A program made the position numbers and the translations under genes. DNA of 24,996 bases from Verrucomicrobiota bacterium (GTDB lineage: Bacteria > Verrucomicrobiota > Verrucomicrobiia > Opitutales > Cerasicoccaceae): NCBI GenBank assembly GCA_039818205.1, contig JBCBUK010000028.1:1-24996 (forward strand). The letters run 5' to 3'. This document shows positions 1 through 8,069 of this stretch, one piece after another. The first letter of the stretch is position 1. Every line of letters starts with the position of its first letter. Below the pieces are notes generated by a model. That model worked only from the letters and a program-made list of their open reading frames with translations, did no database searches and had not been told where the DNA came from.

Positions 1-1025
1 AGTGCCGCTTCTTCCGGCGTGTTTTCGTTGCGGAATCGCTCGGAAAATTCTTCGCTGCTTTCGCCTGGTCGAATGTAGGGAGCGTAGGGCTTTGATTCCC
101 CGGCATAGGGGCTTTCTGGTTCTTCGTTCTTTTGCTCTTCAATTGGCTGATTGGCTGGATCATACCAACCAAGCATTTCGTCACCTTCACTCAAAAGGAT
201 CTCAGGATATGCAGGGTTAATCGATTCTAAAACCTTGATTCGAGGGGCACCGCCACGGGGCGAAGTGTAGCTCAACCCCTCGTCGATCTCTGATTGCGTT
301 GCTAGACGTGTGTTATAGCGTTTTAGAGTCCTTTCACCCTTCACCAAGAAGCAATAGATTTCACCCTTCTTCACATTCGGGTTGTTCAGTGATTCGGGTT
401 TGCGGATCAAAACGATTTCTCCGTCGTCGATCTTTGGTGCCATGCTATCGCCAAACACTTTAACAGCGAAGTGGTTAGCGCTATAATCGCTCTTAAATTC
501 AGCACCAAACTCATCTCCCGAAATCGGCGAGCCTGCTGCAACCCCATAACACGGCAGGTAGTGCCATCCTTCCGGTTGATTCAATGGAATCACCTTCGAG
601 TCCATGGGTTCTTCTTGGGGTTTGAGCGCAGCGTCACGTTCGGCGCGTGCGGTATCTGCCAAGAACCCAATGATTCCTTTTACATCAGTATCACCTGGGA
701 GCCAATCGCGAATCAGCCGAAAGTCTTCTTCCATCTCCCGAGCCTCAGGGTTGTCTCCATGAATTGATATGCCAATCTCCGACGGTGAGCGACCAGCTCT
801 GACAACTTGTTCTTCAAGCCAAGCTCGAAGAACCGTTAGGCCGGTTTCTTTGTCCCCCCATAGTTTTGATGAACATAGCGCCTGGAGTAGGGCTTCTCCT
901 GGTGCTTTGGTTTCAGCTATGACACGTGAGAGATTTGATTGTGCGGTTCCGATTTTGCCGGAGAGAGATTTCTGTGTATGGCCATGCTGATTCATGGCTG
1001 CTGTTAGTGCGGCAGATAGGCTCAT
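1..1025 (-). CDS. cI: CI/LexA-family repressor: N-terminal HTH plus S24 autopeptidase (3' end outside window)
   Basis: Manual translation from the ATG at 1025 is open to base 1. MSLSAALTAAMNQHGHTQKSLSGKIGTAQSNLSRVI (XRE HTH), YGVAAGSP (Ala-Gly cleavage site), VKVFGDSMAPKIDDGEIV (catalytic Ser), ERTLKR (catalytic Lys), LESINPAYP. Confidence 0.92.
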   Translation of the reverse strand, partial: MSLSAALTAAMNQHGHTQKSLSGKIGTAQSNLSRVIAETKAPGEALLQALCSSKLWGDKETGLTVLRAWLEEQVVRAGRSPSEIGISIHGDNPEAREMEEDFRLIRDWLPGDTDVKGIIGFLADTARAERDAALKPQEEPMDSKVIPLNQPEGWHYLPCYGVAAGSPISGDEFGAEFKSDYSANHFAVKVFGDSMAPKIDDGEIVLIRKPESLNNPNVKKGEIYCFLVKGERTLKRYNTRLATQSEIDEGLSYTSPRGGAPRIKVLESINPAYPEILLSEGDEMLGWYDPANQPIEEQKNEEPESPYAGESKPYAPYIRPGESSEEFSERFRNENTPEEAA

Positions 1026-1110
1026 TATTTCTATAAACGAATATTTTGCATAAATTGCAAACTTTTTAGTTGCAAGTTTGCACGTTTTGCAAACTATCTC
1101 TCATATGCAA
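1026..1110. promoter_or_regulatory. Divergent lysis/lysogeny switch with clustered TTGCA(A) operator/promoter elements
   Basis: AT-rich gap between divergent genes. TTGCA at 1046, 1055, 1070, 1078 and 1087, and ATGCAA at 1105. Confidence 0.7.
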
Positions 1111-1314
1111 AGAGTAATGAGGCCCGAAACCGAAGTGCTGAACCTGATGGAACAATGTTTACGTCAATGTGAGCGTCCAAGTCAACCGGCTGGCAAGCGG
1201 GCAGCAGCAGCAAAGATTCGCGGTTGGTTGAAGGCATATGGCGACCGCGAACTAAACACACCGCCGCAAGTTGACGGCGAACCAGCAAGTAACCGAGCAA
1301 CGGTCAAGAAATAA
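1105..1314 (+). CDS. Small protein in the Cro position
   Basis: First ORF divergent from the repressor (ATG 1105 preferred over TTG 1078). No clear HTH motif, so the call is positional only. Confidence 0.5.
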   Translation: MQRVMRPETEVLNLMEQCLRQCERPSQPAGKRAAAAKIRGWLKAYGDRELNTPPQVDGEPASNRATVKK

Positions 1315-1353
1315 TCCGGCTCGAACTATCGAGGATTCAACAACGAACGAACT

Positions 1354-1581
1354 ATGAAGATTGAACTATCACAAGAAATGAAAACCGCCTTGATCGCAGC
1401 AGCAAAGATTCACGGGCGAAAAGCCAAGTCTGCTATTAGGCAAGCTTGGTTCGATGGTAACTACCACGCAGTATGCCTTGCTGAGCACGACAGCCCCTTG
1501 CAGAGGCTGCGTAACACTTATGGGCCGACAGGGCTTCAGAAGATTTCTATTTCTAAGCTCATCGCAGAGGCTGAAGCATGA
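1354..1581 (+). CDS. Hypothetical phage early protein
   Basis: 75-aa ORF preceded by the start-associated repeat. ATGA overlap with the next gene. Confidence 0.8.
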   Translation: MKIELSQEMKTALIAAAKIHGRKAKSAIRQAWFDGNYHAVCLAEHDSPLQRLRNTYGPTGLQKISISKLIAEAEA

Positions 1582-1889
1582 GTGAAGGAGCACTAGAGAC
1601 TATCGTCAAAATAGCTCCCAGCCTCGAAGGGCTGCTTGAGCGAGTCAGGGAACTGGAAAGCGAAAAGCAACTGCGCGAAGACTCCGAAGGCGTGCCAATT
1701 CAAAAAGCCTGCGAGTTAATATCAGGTATCCCTTTCGGCGAGGATGGATGCATTACAACGCGTAAGTGTATGGAGATGATCAACCGAGGGCTAATCAAGC
1801 GAGTTCCGGCCAGAGTGATCGGCATACCGGTTATCGTATCCCGTCAGTCAATCCGCGACTACTTCGCGGGCCTAGAATCTGAATTCTAA
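1578..1889 (+). CDS. Excisionase/HTH_17-like DNA-binding protein with N-terminal coiled coil
   Basis: VPIQKACELI...MEMINRGLIKRV...VIVSRQSIRDYF fits the winged-helix Xis-like pattern. Confidence 0.6.
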   Translation: MSEGALETIVKIAPSLEGLLERVRELESEKQLREDSEGVPIQKACELISGIPFGEDGCITTRKCMEMINRGLIKRVPARVIGIPVIVSRQSIRDYFAGLESEF

Positions 1890-1960
1890 TTTTGGGGCTA
1901 AGGGAGTTTTCCGCGGCACAGGGTGGCCGTCCTCATATTTAACAACGAACGAACTAAATC

Positions 1961-2254
1961 ATGCCAACCACCAAGAAGCGAACTGCACGTAGCAGGGCCG
2001 CGAATACGGCCACTAGTCAAGAGCCAGCCCGAATCTACAAATACACATCGCGTGTTCCCGTCCGTCACGACCTAAGCGTCAGTCTTAACGACAACACAGA
2101 GAAACTGACTTTCTTCCTCGTCGAAGCCCACAATGAACTTGGGCATCCTCCGAGCAACCCGCTCGATCCTGATACAGTTGCACTCAGCGACGCCGCAAAC
2201 GCGGTGCGCGACGAGCTCTATCGCAGGCTAGGAGGGGGCACGAGCGAGTCATGA
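1961..2254 (+). CDS. Hypothetical protein
   Basis: 97-aa ORF preceded by the start-associated repeat. Confidence 0.75.
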   Translation: MPTTKKRTARSRAANTATSQEPARIYKYTSRVPVRHDLSVSLNDNTEKLTFFLVEAHNELGHPPSNPLDPDTVALSDAANAVRDELYRRLGGGTSES

Positions 2255-2376
2255 TTATCACCGCAGCCATAGCAGCTATATGCCTATTTGTTGGTTTCAG
2301 AATCGGCAAATGTATCGCTGATCTGGATCGCGATGGCAATGAGATCGAGCGCGAAATGATGCGGCGAAAACTTTGA
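2251..2376 (+). CDS. Small single-pass membrane protein (41 aa, not in ORF track)
   Basis: MIITAAIAAICLFVGFRIGKCIADLDRDGNEIEREMMRRKL. ATGA overlap with the upstream stop, and it fills the gap to the next repeat. Confidence 0.7.
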   Translation: MIITAAIAAICLFVGFRIGKCIADLDRDGNEIEREMMRRKL

Positions 2377-2399
2377 ACACTTAACGAACGAACTAAATC

Positions 2400-2627
2400 A
2401 TGGTCATTGAAACCAAGCACATTGGCATGCGCGGCGTCTTCAGAGACAAGCGCAAGCTAGTTCAAGGCGTCATCCAAGAGATTTCACCATCTAAGACGCT
2501 TTTTCGTATCAACTCGGCCACTTGGCTTGAGAATACGACAAATTCCACGGTTGAGCTATTGCCCGATCTCAAACTTGAAGAGCCAACCAAGCCGCGCCGC
2601 GCGGCCTGCAAAAGCAAGAAGTCATGA
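2400..2627 (+). CDS. Hypothetical protein
   Basis: 75-aa ORF preceded by the start-associated repeat. ATGA overlap with the ATPase gene. Confidence 0.75.
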   Translation: MVIETKHIGMRGVFRDKRKLVQGVIQEISPSKTLFRINSATWLENTTNSTVELLPDLKLEEPTKPRRAACKSKKS

Positions 2628-3259
2628 GCAAGGTAACTGATCCAGAGTTGCTAATCAACTCACCCGATCTGACCGTTGATGACCTGGCTGGCGATGCCCG
2701 CCGCATTGGTAATGCACTGATTAACAAGGCACGTCGAATCAAGGATACGAATCGTAAGTTTCTTGTCTTGCTGCCAGGCGCTCCCGGCGTTGGCAAGTCC
2801 ACTATCGCACGCGCTCTGGCCGATGAGCTAAAAGCCGACGATAGCGACGTTGAGGCGATTTCTGGAACTATGGTGGATGTCGAGATGGTATCGCGCTGGA
2901 TGCAGGATCTTCGAATCGGGACGTTCTCCATGGGCTGGCAGGTTAAGCTCATCGAAGAGATCGACAAAGTGAACGCTACGGCGCAAACGCGCATGCTTGA
3001 TTTGATTGATCGCTTGCCCGGCAAAGCGGCGATCATCGGCACGAGCAACAAGACCTACGAGCAGATTACTGAGCGGTTTCAAACCCGCTTCCAAATGTGG
3101 GAGGTCGAGCCTCCAAACCCTATAGAGATCATGGTCTTTCTAGACAAGCGTTGGCCAGATATCCCAAGGGATCAACTGGAAGAAATTGCCCGATCCGCAA
3201 ATGGCAATGTGCGCGTAGCACTTCACGAGCTTCAAACCTGGATGGATTTAAACGCATGA
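2624..3259 (+). CDS. AAA+ ATPase, clamp-loader/RarA clade-like
   Basis: Walker A GAPGVGKS, Walker B LIEEID, sensor-1 GTSN, arginine finger RFQTRF, sensor-2 NGNVRVAL. Confidence 0.85.
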   Translation: MSKVTDPELLINSPDLTVDDLAGDARRIGNALINKARRIKDTNRKFLVLLPGAPGVGKSTIARALADELKADDSDVEAISGTMVDVEMVSRWMQDLRIGTFSMGWQVKLIEEIDKVNATAQTRMLDLIDRLPGKAAIIGTSNKTYEQITERFQTRFQMWEVEPPNPIEIMVFLDKRWPDIPRDQLEEIARSANGNVRVALHELQTWMDLNA

Positions 3260-3456
3260 ATACCGAACTCCAAGACACCGACCCAATGCCATTTGGAAAA
3301 CACAGAGGCGAGCTCATGCAGGACGTTCCTGCTCGCTACTTTCACTGGCTTTGGAACAACGGAAAATCAAAAGAGCAATTTTGCCCTGTTGCCGACTACA
3401 TCCGGCGCAATTTGAACGCGCTCAAGCTGGAGCATGAAGACGGCATATGGGACTAA
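3256..3456 (+). CDS. DUF3820/ExoX C-terminal-like small protein
   Basis: MPFGKHRGELMQDVPARYFHWL signature. The start is re-called at ATG 3256 (ATGA overlap) instead of 3097. Confidence 0.85.
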   Translation: MNTELQDTDPMPFGKHRGELMQDVPARYFHWLWNNGKSKEQFCPVADYIRRNLNALKLEHEDGIWD

Positions 3457-3460
3457 ACAA

Positions 3461-3569
3461 TTGGGCTGGGATGGTTTCGCTTCCCGTTCTAGAGCGGCCC
3501 GGTAAATGCGCTACCAACGGGAGAGACTAAGGGGCTCGAAACCCTTATGACAGCCGGGAAAGACCGGCA
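3461..3569 (+). ncRNA. Putative structured RNA/leader element
   Basis: Hairpins TAAGGG-GCTCGAAA-CCCTTA (3528-3547), GCCGG-GAAAGA-CCGGC (3553-3568) and GGTA/TACC (3501-3515), plus long-range TCCCGTT/AACGGGA (3482-3488/3516-3522). Confidence 0.55.
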
Positions 3570-3587
3570 TCAATTTGAAACACTGTT

Positions 3588-4292
3588 ATGAACAACCTTA
3601 CCATCAACTCACCACAGGACGCGCTTGAGATCGGTCGTCAGATCGCCGCCTCAGGTATGTTTGGCGACAACATCAAAAGCCCGGAAGCGGGCGCTGTGAT
3701 TGCCTGGATGGCCTACGGTGAAGGCTCGTCACTCGCCGAGCTACACTCGCGCTATCATTTCCTGCCCAATGGTCCATCCATGAAGACAAACGTTATGGCT
3801 GCACGCTTTCGCGAGCTGGGCGGTGAATACAAAATTCTTGAGCGCAGCGACACTCGCGCGGCGATCGAAGTCACTGTCAACGGGCAAAGCATGGGCACTT
3901 TTCAGTTTACCATGGAGAATGCCATCCGCGCCAAAGTTTGCTTCAAGAAGGACGGCAAGACTTTGCAAATGAATTGGGCAAATCGTCCCAAGAAAATGCT
4001 CTGGGCGCGTGTTCTATCTGACACGATTGACGCGCTCATGCCAGAAGTTAAGAGCGGCGTGAATAGCGAAGACGAAGCCGAGGACAACTTACAATCGGAT
4101 CAACCCGAACCTGCTGCAAAGCCAAAGGTCCTGGATCTCGATTTCTCGGTTTGCCCGATCGGTAACGACGAGGTGCGCGGCAAGCCTTGGTCCGTTCATC
4201 CAACTACCACCCTGAAGATGGCTTTAAAGCAGCCCATTGCGCAGGAATACAAAAACGCAATCAACGAAGAAATCCAACAACGCGCGTCATGA
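3588..4292 (+). CDS. RecT-like single-strand annealing recombinase
   Basis: FTMENAIRA...NWANRPKKMLWARVLSDTIDALMPEV resembles the conserved core of phage RecT-like annealases. It lies next to exonuclease and SSB-like genes. Confidence 0.7.
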   Translation: MNNLTINSPQDALEIGRQIAASGMFGDNIKSPEAGAVIAWMAYGEGSSLAELHSRYHFLPNGPSMKTNVMAARFRELGGEYKILERSDTRAAIEVTVNGQSMGTFQFTMENAIRAKVCFKKDGKTLQMNWANRPKKMLWARVLSDTIDALMPEVKSGVNSEDEAEDNLQSDQPEPAAKPKVLDLDFSVCPIGNDEVRGKPWSVHPTTTLKMALKQPIAQEYKNAINEEIQQRAS

Positions 4293-4471
4293 AAATCTGG
4301 AAAGTTGACAGAAGGTCCTTCAAGTCGGCGACGGTTTGGGATGCAAACAAAGACGGCGAACTTGTTGCCGAACACAAGTGCAGGCCGTTCTCAAAGCTCA
4401 ATCGTGAGACCCGAATATGGGCAATTCAGCGATTCTTAGATGGTCATAACATTAAGGTAGAACTTCCATGA
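4289..4471 (+). CDS. Hypothetical protein (60 aa)
   Basis: ATG 4289, with ATGA overlaps at both ends. Confidence 0.7.
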   Translation: MKIWKVDRRSFKSATVWDANKDGELVAEHKCRPFSKLNRETRIWAIQRFLDGHNIKVELP

Positions 4472-5130
4472 ATATCGCTTTCGATATCGAGACGATCCCC
4501 AATGAACAGATGATCGATCGTTTACCTGAGCCATCAGTTGCGCTCGGCAACCTAAAGGATCCCGAGAAGATCGCGGCCAAGAAGGCATCGGCTAAGCAAA
4601 AGCAGATCGATGATATGGCCCTTGATCCACTCTATGGGCGGGTGTTCTGCATCGGCATCGCCAAGGATGATGGAAATAGCATCTGTTCGCGCATTGAAGC
4701 AGATACTGATGACGCCGAGGCCATTGTAATTCAGCACTTCTTTGGTCTATGCAATGCGGATGCTCTGACTTTTACCAGCTGGAACGGCAACGGGTTTGAC
4801 CTGCCATTCATCTTCAAGCGAGCTGCGATTCTTGGCATCAGTCCCGAGGCATGGAACGTGCCAGCGCTGAACCTGTTTACCAGACGCGGGAGCAAACTAC
4901 ACATCGACCTGATGGACGTATGGGCGGGCTACAACCAGTTTCAAAAACTGGATGATGTGTCTCGGGTCATGTTCGACGATCAGGGAAAGCTAGAGATTGA
5001 TTTCAAAGATTTTCTGCCAGCGCTGAAGGCAGACAACACGGAGAAGCTCACGCAGATTGAAGAATACTGCAAACGCGACTGTGAGCTTACGCTAGCAATT
5101 TTCGAACGGATGCAGGGCATCCTTTTTTAA
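4468..5130 (+). CDS. DEDDy 3'-5' exonuclease (PolB exonuclease-like, stand-alone)
   Basis: ExoI FDIETIP, ExoII WNGNGFDLPFI, HIDLMD, ExoIII EYCKRDC. Confidence 0.9.
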   Translation: MNIAFDIETIPNEQMIDRLPEPSVALGNLKDPEKIAAKKASAKQKQIDDMALDPLYGRVFCIGIAKDDGNSICSRIEADTDDAEAIVIQHFFGLCNADALTFTSWNGNGFDLPFIFKRAAILGISPEAWNVPALNLFTRRGSKLHIDLMDVWAGYNQFQKLDDVSRVMFDDQGKLEIDFKDFLPALKADNTEKLTQIEEYCKRDCELTLAIFERMQGILF

Positions 5131-5162
5131 ACCAGAAACAAAACTCAAAACCATCATATCAT

Positions 5163-5684
5163 ATGTTTAAGGAAGCAGGACGCTTTCGCGTCAAAATCAC
5201 TGAAGCTTTCCCGGCGGAAGCCAAGTTCAACAAGGACGATTCGACGGCGTTCGATATCGCAATTGCCGTTCAGCGTGTAGACGACCCAAGCCAGTCGGGG
5301 TATTGGTCGGGTGAAATTAGCAAGCGCTATGGTCGGGGCAATTTGTCACACATGACGCAGGCTCAAATCACCATGGAGACCTTGCGCAAAATCGGCTACG
5401 AGGGCGTGACTCTTGAGCTCGCAAATCTGCAAGCGCTGATCGGTAAGGAAACCGAAGCCATGATCGAATCCCGCGAATACGAGGGTAAGACCTACTACGA
5501 CGTCAAATATCTAGGCGAAAGCTCAGGCGGTGTTAAAGCGATGGACGCTGGCGAGGCTGCACGCCGATTGCAGGCCTTGACCGGCATGGCTTCAACGCAA
5601 TCCGCCGCACCTGCGCCAAGCACTCAGCAAAATTTTGCACCGCCACCGGCGCAAACCGGTGGCGTTTCGAATCCGTTTGCCTAA
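5163..5684 (+). CDS. Putative single-stranded DNA-binding protein (DUF669-like)
   Basis: AGRFRVKITEA start, REYEGKTYYDVKYL strand, and a Pro/Ala/Gln-rich tail ending NPFA. Position in the recombination module. Confidence 0.6.
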   Translation: MFKEAGRFRVKITEAFPAEAKFNKDDSTAFDIAIAVQRVDDPSQSGYWSGEISKRYGRGNLSHMTQAQITMETLRKIGYEGVTLELANLQALIGKETEAMIESREYEGKTYYDVKYLGESSGGVKAMDAGEAARRLQALTGMASTQSAAPAPSTQQNFAPPPAQTGGVSNPFA

Positions 5685-5709
5685 TCCGAATCTCAAAGAA
5701 AGGAACGCG

Positions 5710-6111
5710 ATGAATCGACAACAGAAGAACTATACTATCGACCGAATCCAACAGGTTGTTCGCGAAAAGCGCTCGATGTGCTCTTGCAAGCATCCGAGCC
5801 TTGAAGAGCACATCAAACGGGCTGTTTGCAGCGGTGAAGCTAGATTGCTCAATCGCTCTGAGATCAATGAAGCCGCTGAAAAGGCCGTGATCTGCGGAAG
5901 CTACAGACCAAGCCTGGCCCTTGAGTCGATATTCTCAGAGCCAAGCTCTTACAAGCTTGCGAAGGCCAAATACGAATACGAAGAGAAGCAAATCGATGCT
6001 CGCAATAAGGCTTTAGAGGGCAAAGCACAGGAAATCATCGATAAAGTTAATCTCGATCTATACGAAGATGGCAGAGACGCCATCGCCGACGCAGTCAAGC
6101 TAGCTGCCTAA
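5710..6111 (+). CDS. Hypothetical helical protein
   Basis: ATG 5710 with AAAGGA upstream. Flanked by the direct repeat TGCCTAATCC. Confidence 0.8.
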   Translation: MNRQQKNYTIDRIQQVVREKRSMCSCKHPSLEEHIKRAVCSGEARLLNRSEINEAAEKAVICGSYRPSLALESIFSEPSSYKLAKAKYEYEEKQIDARNKALEGKAQEIIDKVNLDLYEDGRDAIADAVKLAA

Positions 6112-6117
6112 TCCAAA

Positions 6118-6579
6118 ATGGAGCCGATGCACGTCATAATCGACACGCGTGAGCAGCGCCCTTGGTCATTTGATCCGAGCGCTGTTTGCGCCCGTGTCGG
6201 CACCCTCAAGACCGGCGACTATGCGCTTGATGGCGATGATTCTTTCGCAATTGAACGCAAGTCACTGGATGACTTTTTAGGAACCATCGCCACCCGATGG
6301 CCTGTCTTTTGTAAGGAGATCAACCGCATGGCTGAATGGTCAGCCAAGGTGATCATCGTCGAAGGCGATTTCAAAGACTGCTGTTTTCGCGAAGCCCAGG
6401 GCGGCGCGATCATCGGACCCTATCACAGTCACAACCAATTGACACCGCAGTTCGTGATGAAGCGGATTGCTCAACTTTCCATGCGCGGCGTGTCCGTGCT
6501 CTTTGCTCACAACGCCGAGCTCGCGACCGGACTGGCGACATCCATCTTGCGCGAACGCTGGCTAGAACTTTCTGAATAA
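6118..6579 (+). CDS. ERCC4/XPF-family structure-specific nuclease
   Basis: IIDTREQ...LKTGDY...IERKSLDDF (GDxnERKx3D motif), IIVEG. Confidence 0.92.
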   Translation: MEPMHVIIDTREQRPWSFDPSAVCARVGTLKTGDYALDGDDSFAIERKSLDDFLGTIATRWPVFCKEINRMAEWSAKVIIVEGDFKDCCFREAQGGAIIGPYHSHNQLTPQFVMKRIAQLSMRGVSVLFAHNAELATGLATSILRERWLELSE

Positions 6580-6794
6580 TGGACGAACAGGAAATACTAA
6601 TACGCATTCTATTTGAGGCGGGCGTTCGAAACGTGGATGACGTTTTTCTTATAATTGAAGACGCCGTGAAAAGGTCAGAACTACAAAAGACAGGTGCTAT
6701 GAGCCATCTGGATAAAGATATTGAAATATTCAAAAATTTGGTCGTTTCCAGGTTTCATACATCTAAGTGCGAACGACAAACTCATAGGAACTAA
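6579..6794 (+). CDS. Hypothetical protein (AT-richer than neighbours)
   Basis: 71-aa ORF with TAATG coupling that fills the gap. Confidence 0.6.
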   Translation: MDEQEILIRILFEAGVRNVDDVFLIIEDAVKRSELQKTGAMSHLDKDIEIFKNLVVSRFHTSKCERQTHRN

Positions 6795-6800
6795 TTCAAT

Positions 6801-7679
6801 ATGAGCCTTGCACCAATTCAAGATTTGGCGGTTACCGTGAACCGCGTCTGCTACCCAGCGGACACCGTTGAGAATGCCACTTGGTTCATTCTCGACACCG
6901 ATCACGGCACTTGTAAGGGCAACATGAATTGGCGCCCTCGTGCCAAGGAGCGTTTGGTTTTTCGGGGGCGCTATGGCCAATACCAGGGACGCCGAGAATT
7001 CAAGTTCACTTCGGCGGCGTTGAATGTGCCTACAGACTCCCGCAGCTTACTTCATTACGTTTGCGAGATGGCAAGCGGCATCGGCCCAGCCATGGAAACG
7101 CAAATATGGGAAACGCTCGGCGAGCGCTGGGCGGAGCTCTCTGATACTGATGTTCCACGGCTAAAGGGCGCGAAGTTTGAAAGCTTCAGTAAGGCTATGG
7201 AGCTAGTCGAACAGGATCGGGGCAAGGGCCAGGTGATCGCCGCTTTGCTCAAGGCTGGCGCAAGCATGAGCATGGCTACTGCCGCATTCCAGAAATGGGA
7301 AACCGAAACGCTCGGCGTTGTTCAAGCTGATCCATACCGATTGGCTGAGCTTCCGAACTATGGCTTCTGCCATGTCGATACCGATATTCGCATTCACTAC
7401 GGCATAGTTGATGATGACCCGCGCCGCATTCGCGCTGCCGTCGTCTACGTGATCCGCCAACTAACCGGCAGCGGATCTACAGTTGTGACATGGTCGGACG
7501 TTCTTGAAGCGGGCATCAAGCAGCTTGGGGGAATGAGCAAGCTCATTGGTGAGCAAGTCAGTGCGATGCTTACCGAGGGCACCTTGAAAGGCTTCACCGA
7601 AACGCAAAGCATCGCACTTGCAAGCGACTTTAAGAACGAACTCGAAATTTGGAAATTTCTAACCGGAGACCCATTTTAA
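6801..7679 (+). CDS. recD2: RecD2-family helicase N-terminal half (OB/HhH region, no ATPase motifs)
   Basis: GRYGQYQG..EFKF, SGIGPAM..QIWETLG, DPYRLAELPNYGFCHVD, DDPRRIRAAVVYVI, GSTVV match the RecD2 N-terminus. It stops just before the motor domain. Confidence 0.85.
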   Translation: MSLAPIQDLAVTVNRVCYPADTVENATWFILDTDHGTCKGNMNWRPRAKERLVFRGRYGQYQGRREFKFTSAALNVPTDSRSLLHYVCEMASGIGPAMETQIWETLGERWAELSDTDVPRLKGAKFESFSKAMELVEQDRGKGQVIAALLKAGASMSMATAAFQKWETETLGVVQADPYRLAELPNYGFCHVDTDIRIHYGIVDDDPRRIRAAVVYVIRQLTGSGSTVVTWSDVLEAGIKQLGGMSKLIGEQVSAMLTEGTLKGFTETQSIALASDFKNELEIWKFLTGDPF

Positions 7680-7681
7680 TC

Positions 7682-8056
7682 ATGATCCAATTAATACTTC
7701 ATCTCATTGGTGATTACATCACCCAAACTGACTGGATGGCAAAGAACAAGACGAAGTGCAGTAAGGCCGCTTTCGCTCATGCGCTTGTTTACTCACTGCC
7801 ATTTTTGATCCTGTCGCCATCGTGGGCGGCATTCTCAGTGATCTTGATCACTCATTTTTTCATAGATCGCTTTCGCTTGGCGCGGTTTGTCTGTTTCGGA
7901 AAGAACTGGATCACATCCCCAAGTCTGAAATGGGGAGACTGCCAAGCCACAGGATACCACAAAGACGATCCTGCATGGCTGACTGTATGGCTTCTGATAG
8001 CCGCAGACAACACACTTCATTTAGCCATCAACTATGCCGCCTTGTTGTGGCTCTAA
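7682..8056 (+). CDS. DUF3307-like membrane protein
   Basis: HLIGDYITQTDWMAKNK...HALVY...HFFIDR...ADNTLH with hydrophobic helices. Start re-called at ATG 7682. Confidence 0.85.
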   Translation: MIQLILHLIGDYITQTDWMAKNKTKCSKAAFAHALVYSLPFLILSPSWAAFSVILITHFFIDRFRLARFVCFGKNWITSPSLKWGDCQATGYHKDDPAWLTVWLLIAADNTLHLAINYAALLWL

Positions 8057-8069
8057 CAAAGGAACAGTA

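Larger units (their letters stand above)
1339..2402 (+). repeat. Three start-associated copies of AACGAACGAACT(AAATC)ATG
   Basis: Copies at 1339-1356, 1941-1963 and 2383-2402, each ending in the ATG of a gene (1354, 1961, 2400). Confidence 0.9.

Noticed and set aside
2..990. Plus-strand ORFs 2-220, 471-767 and 769-990 in the track
   Set aside because: They are antisense shadows of the repressor, which has clear motifs on the minus strand.
1890..1937. Possible three-way junction RNA
   Set aside because: The stems are only 3-5 bp with wobble pairs, which is not distinguishable from chance.
3490..3570. tRNA gene suggested by a T-loop-like arm
   Set aside because: No acceptor stem, anticodon arm or canonical GTTC. 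Kept only as a generic structured RNA.
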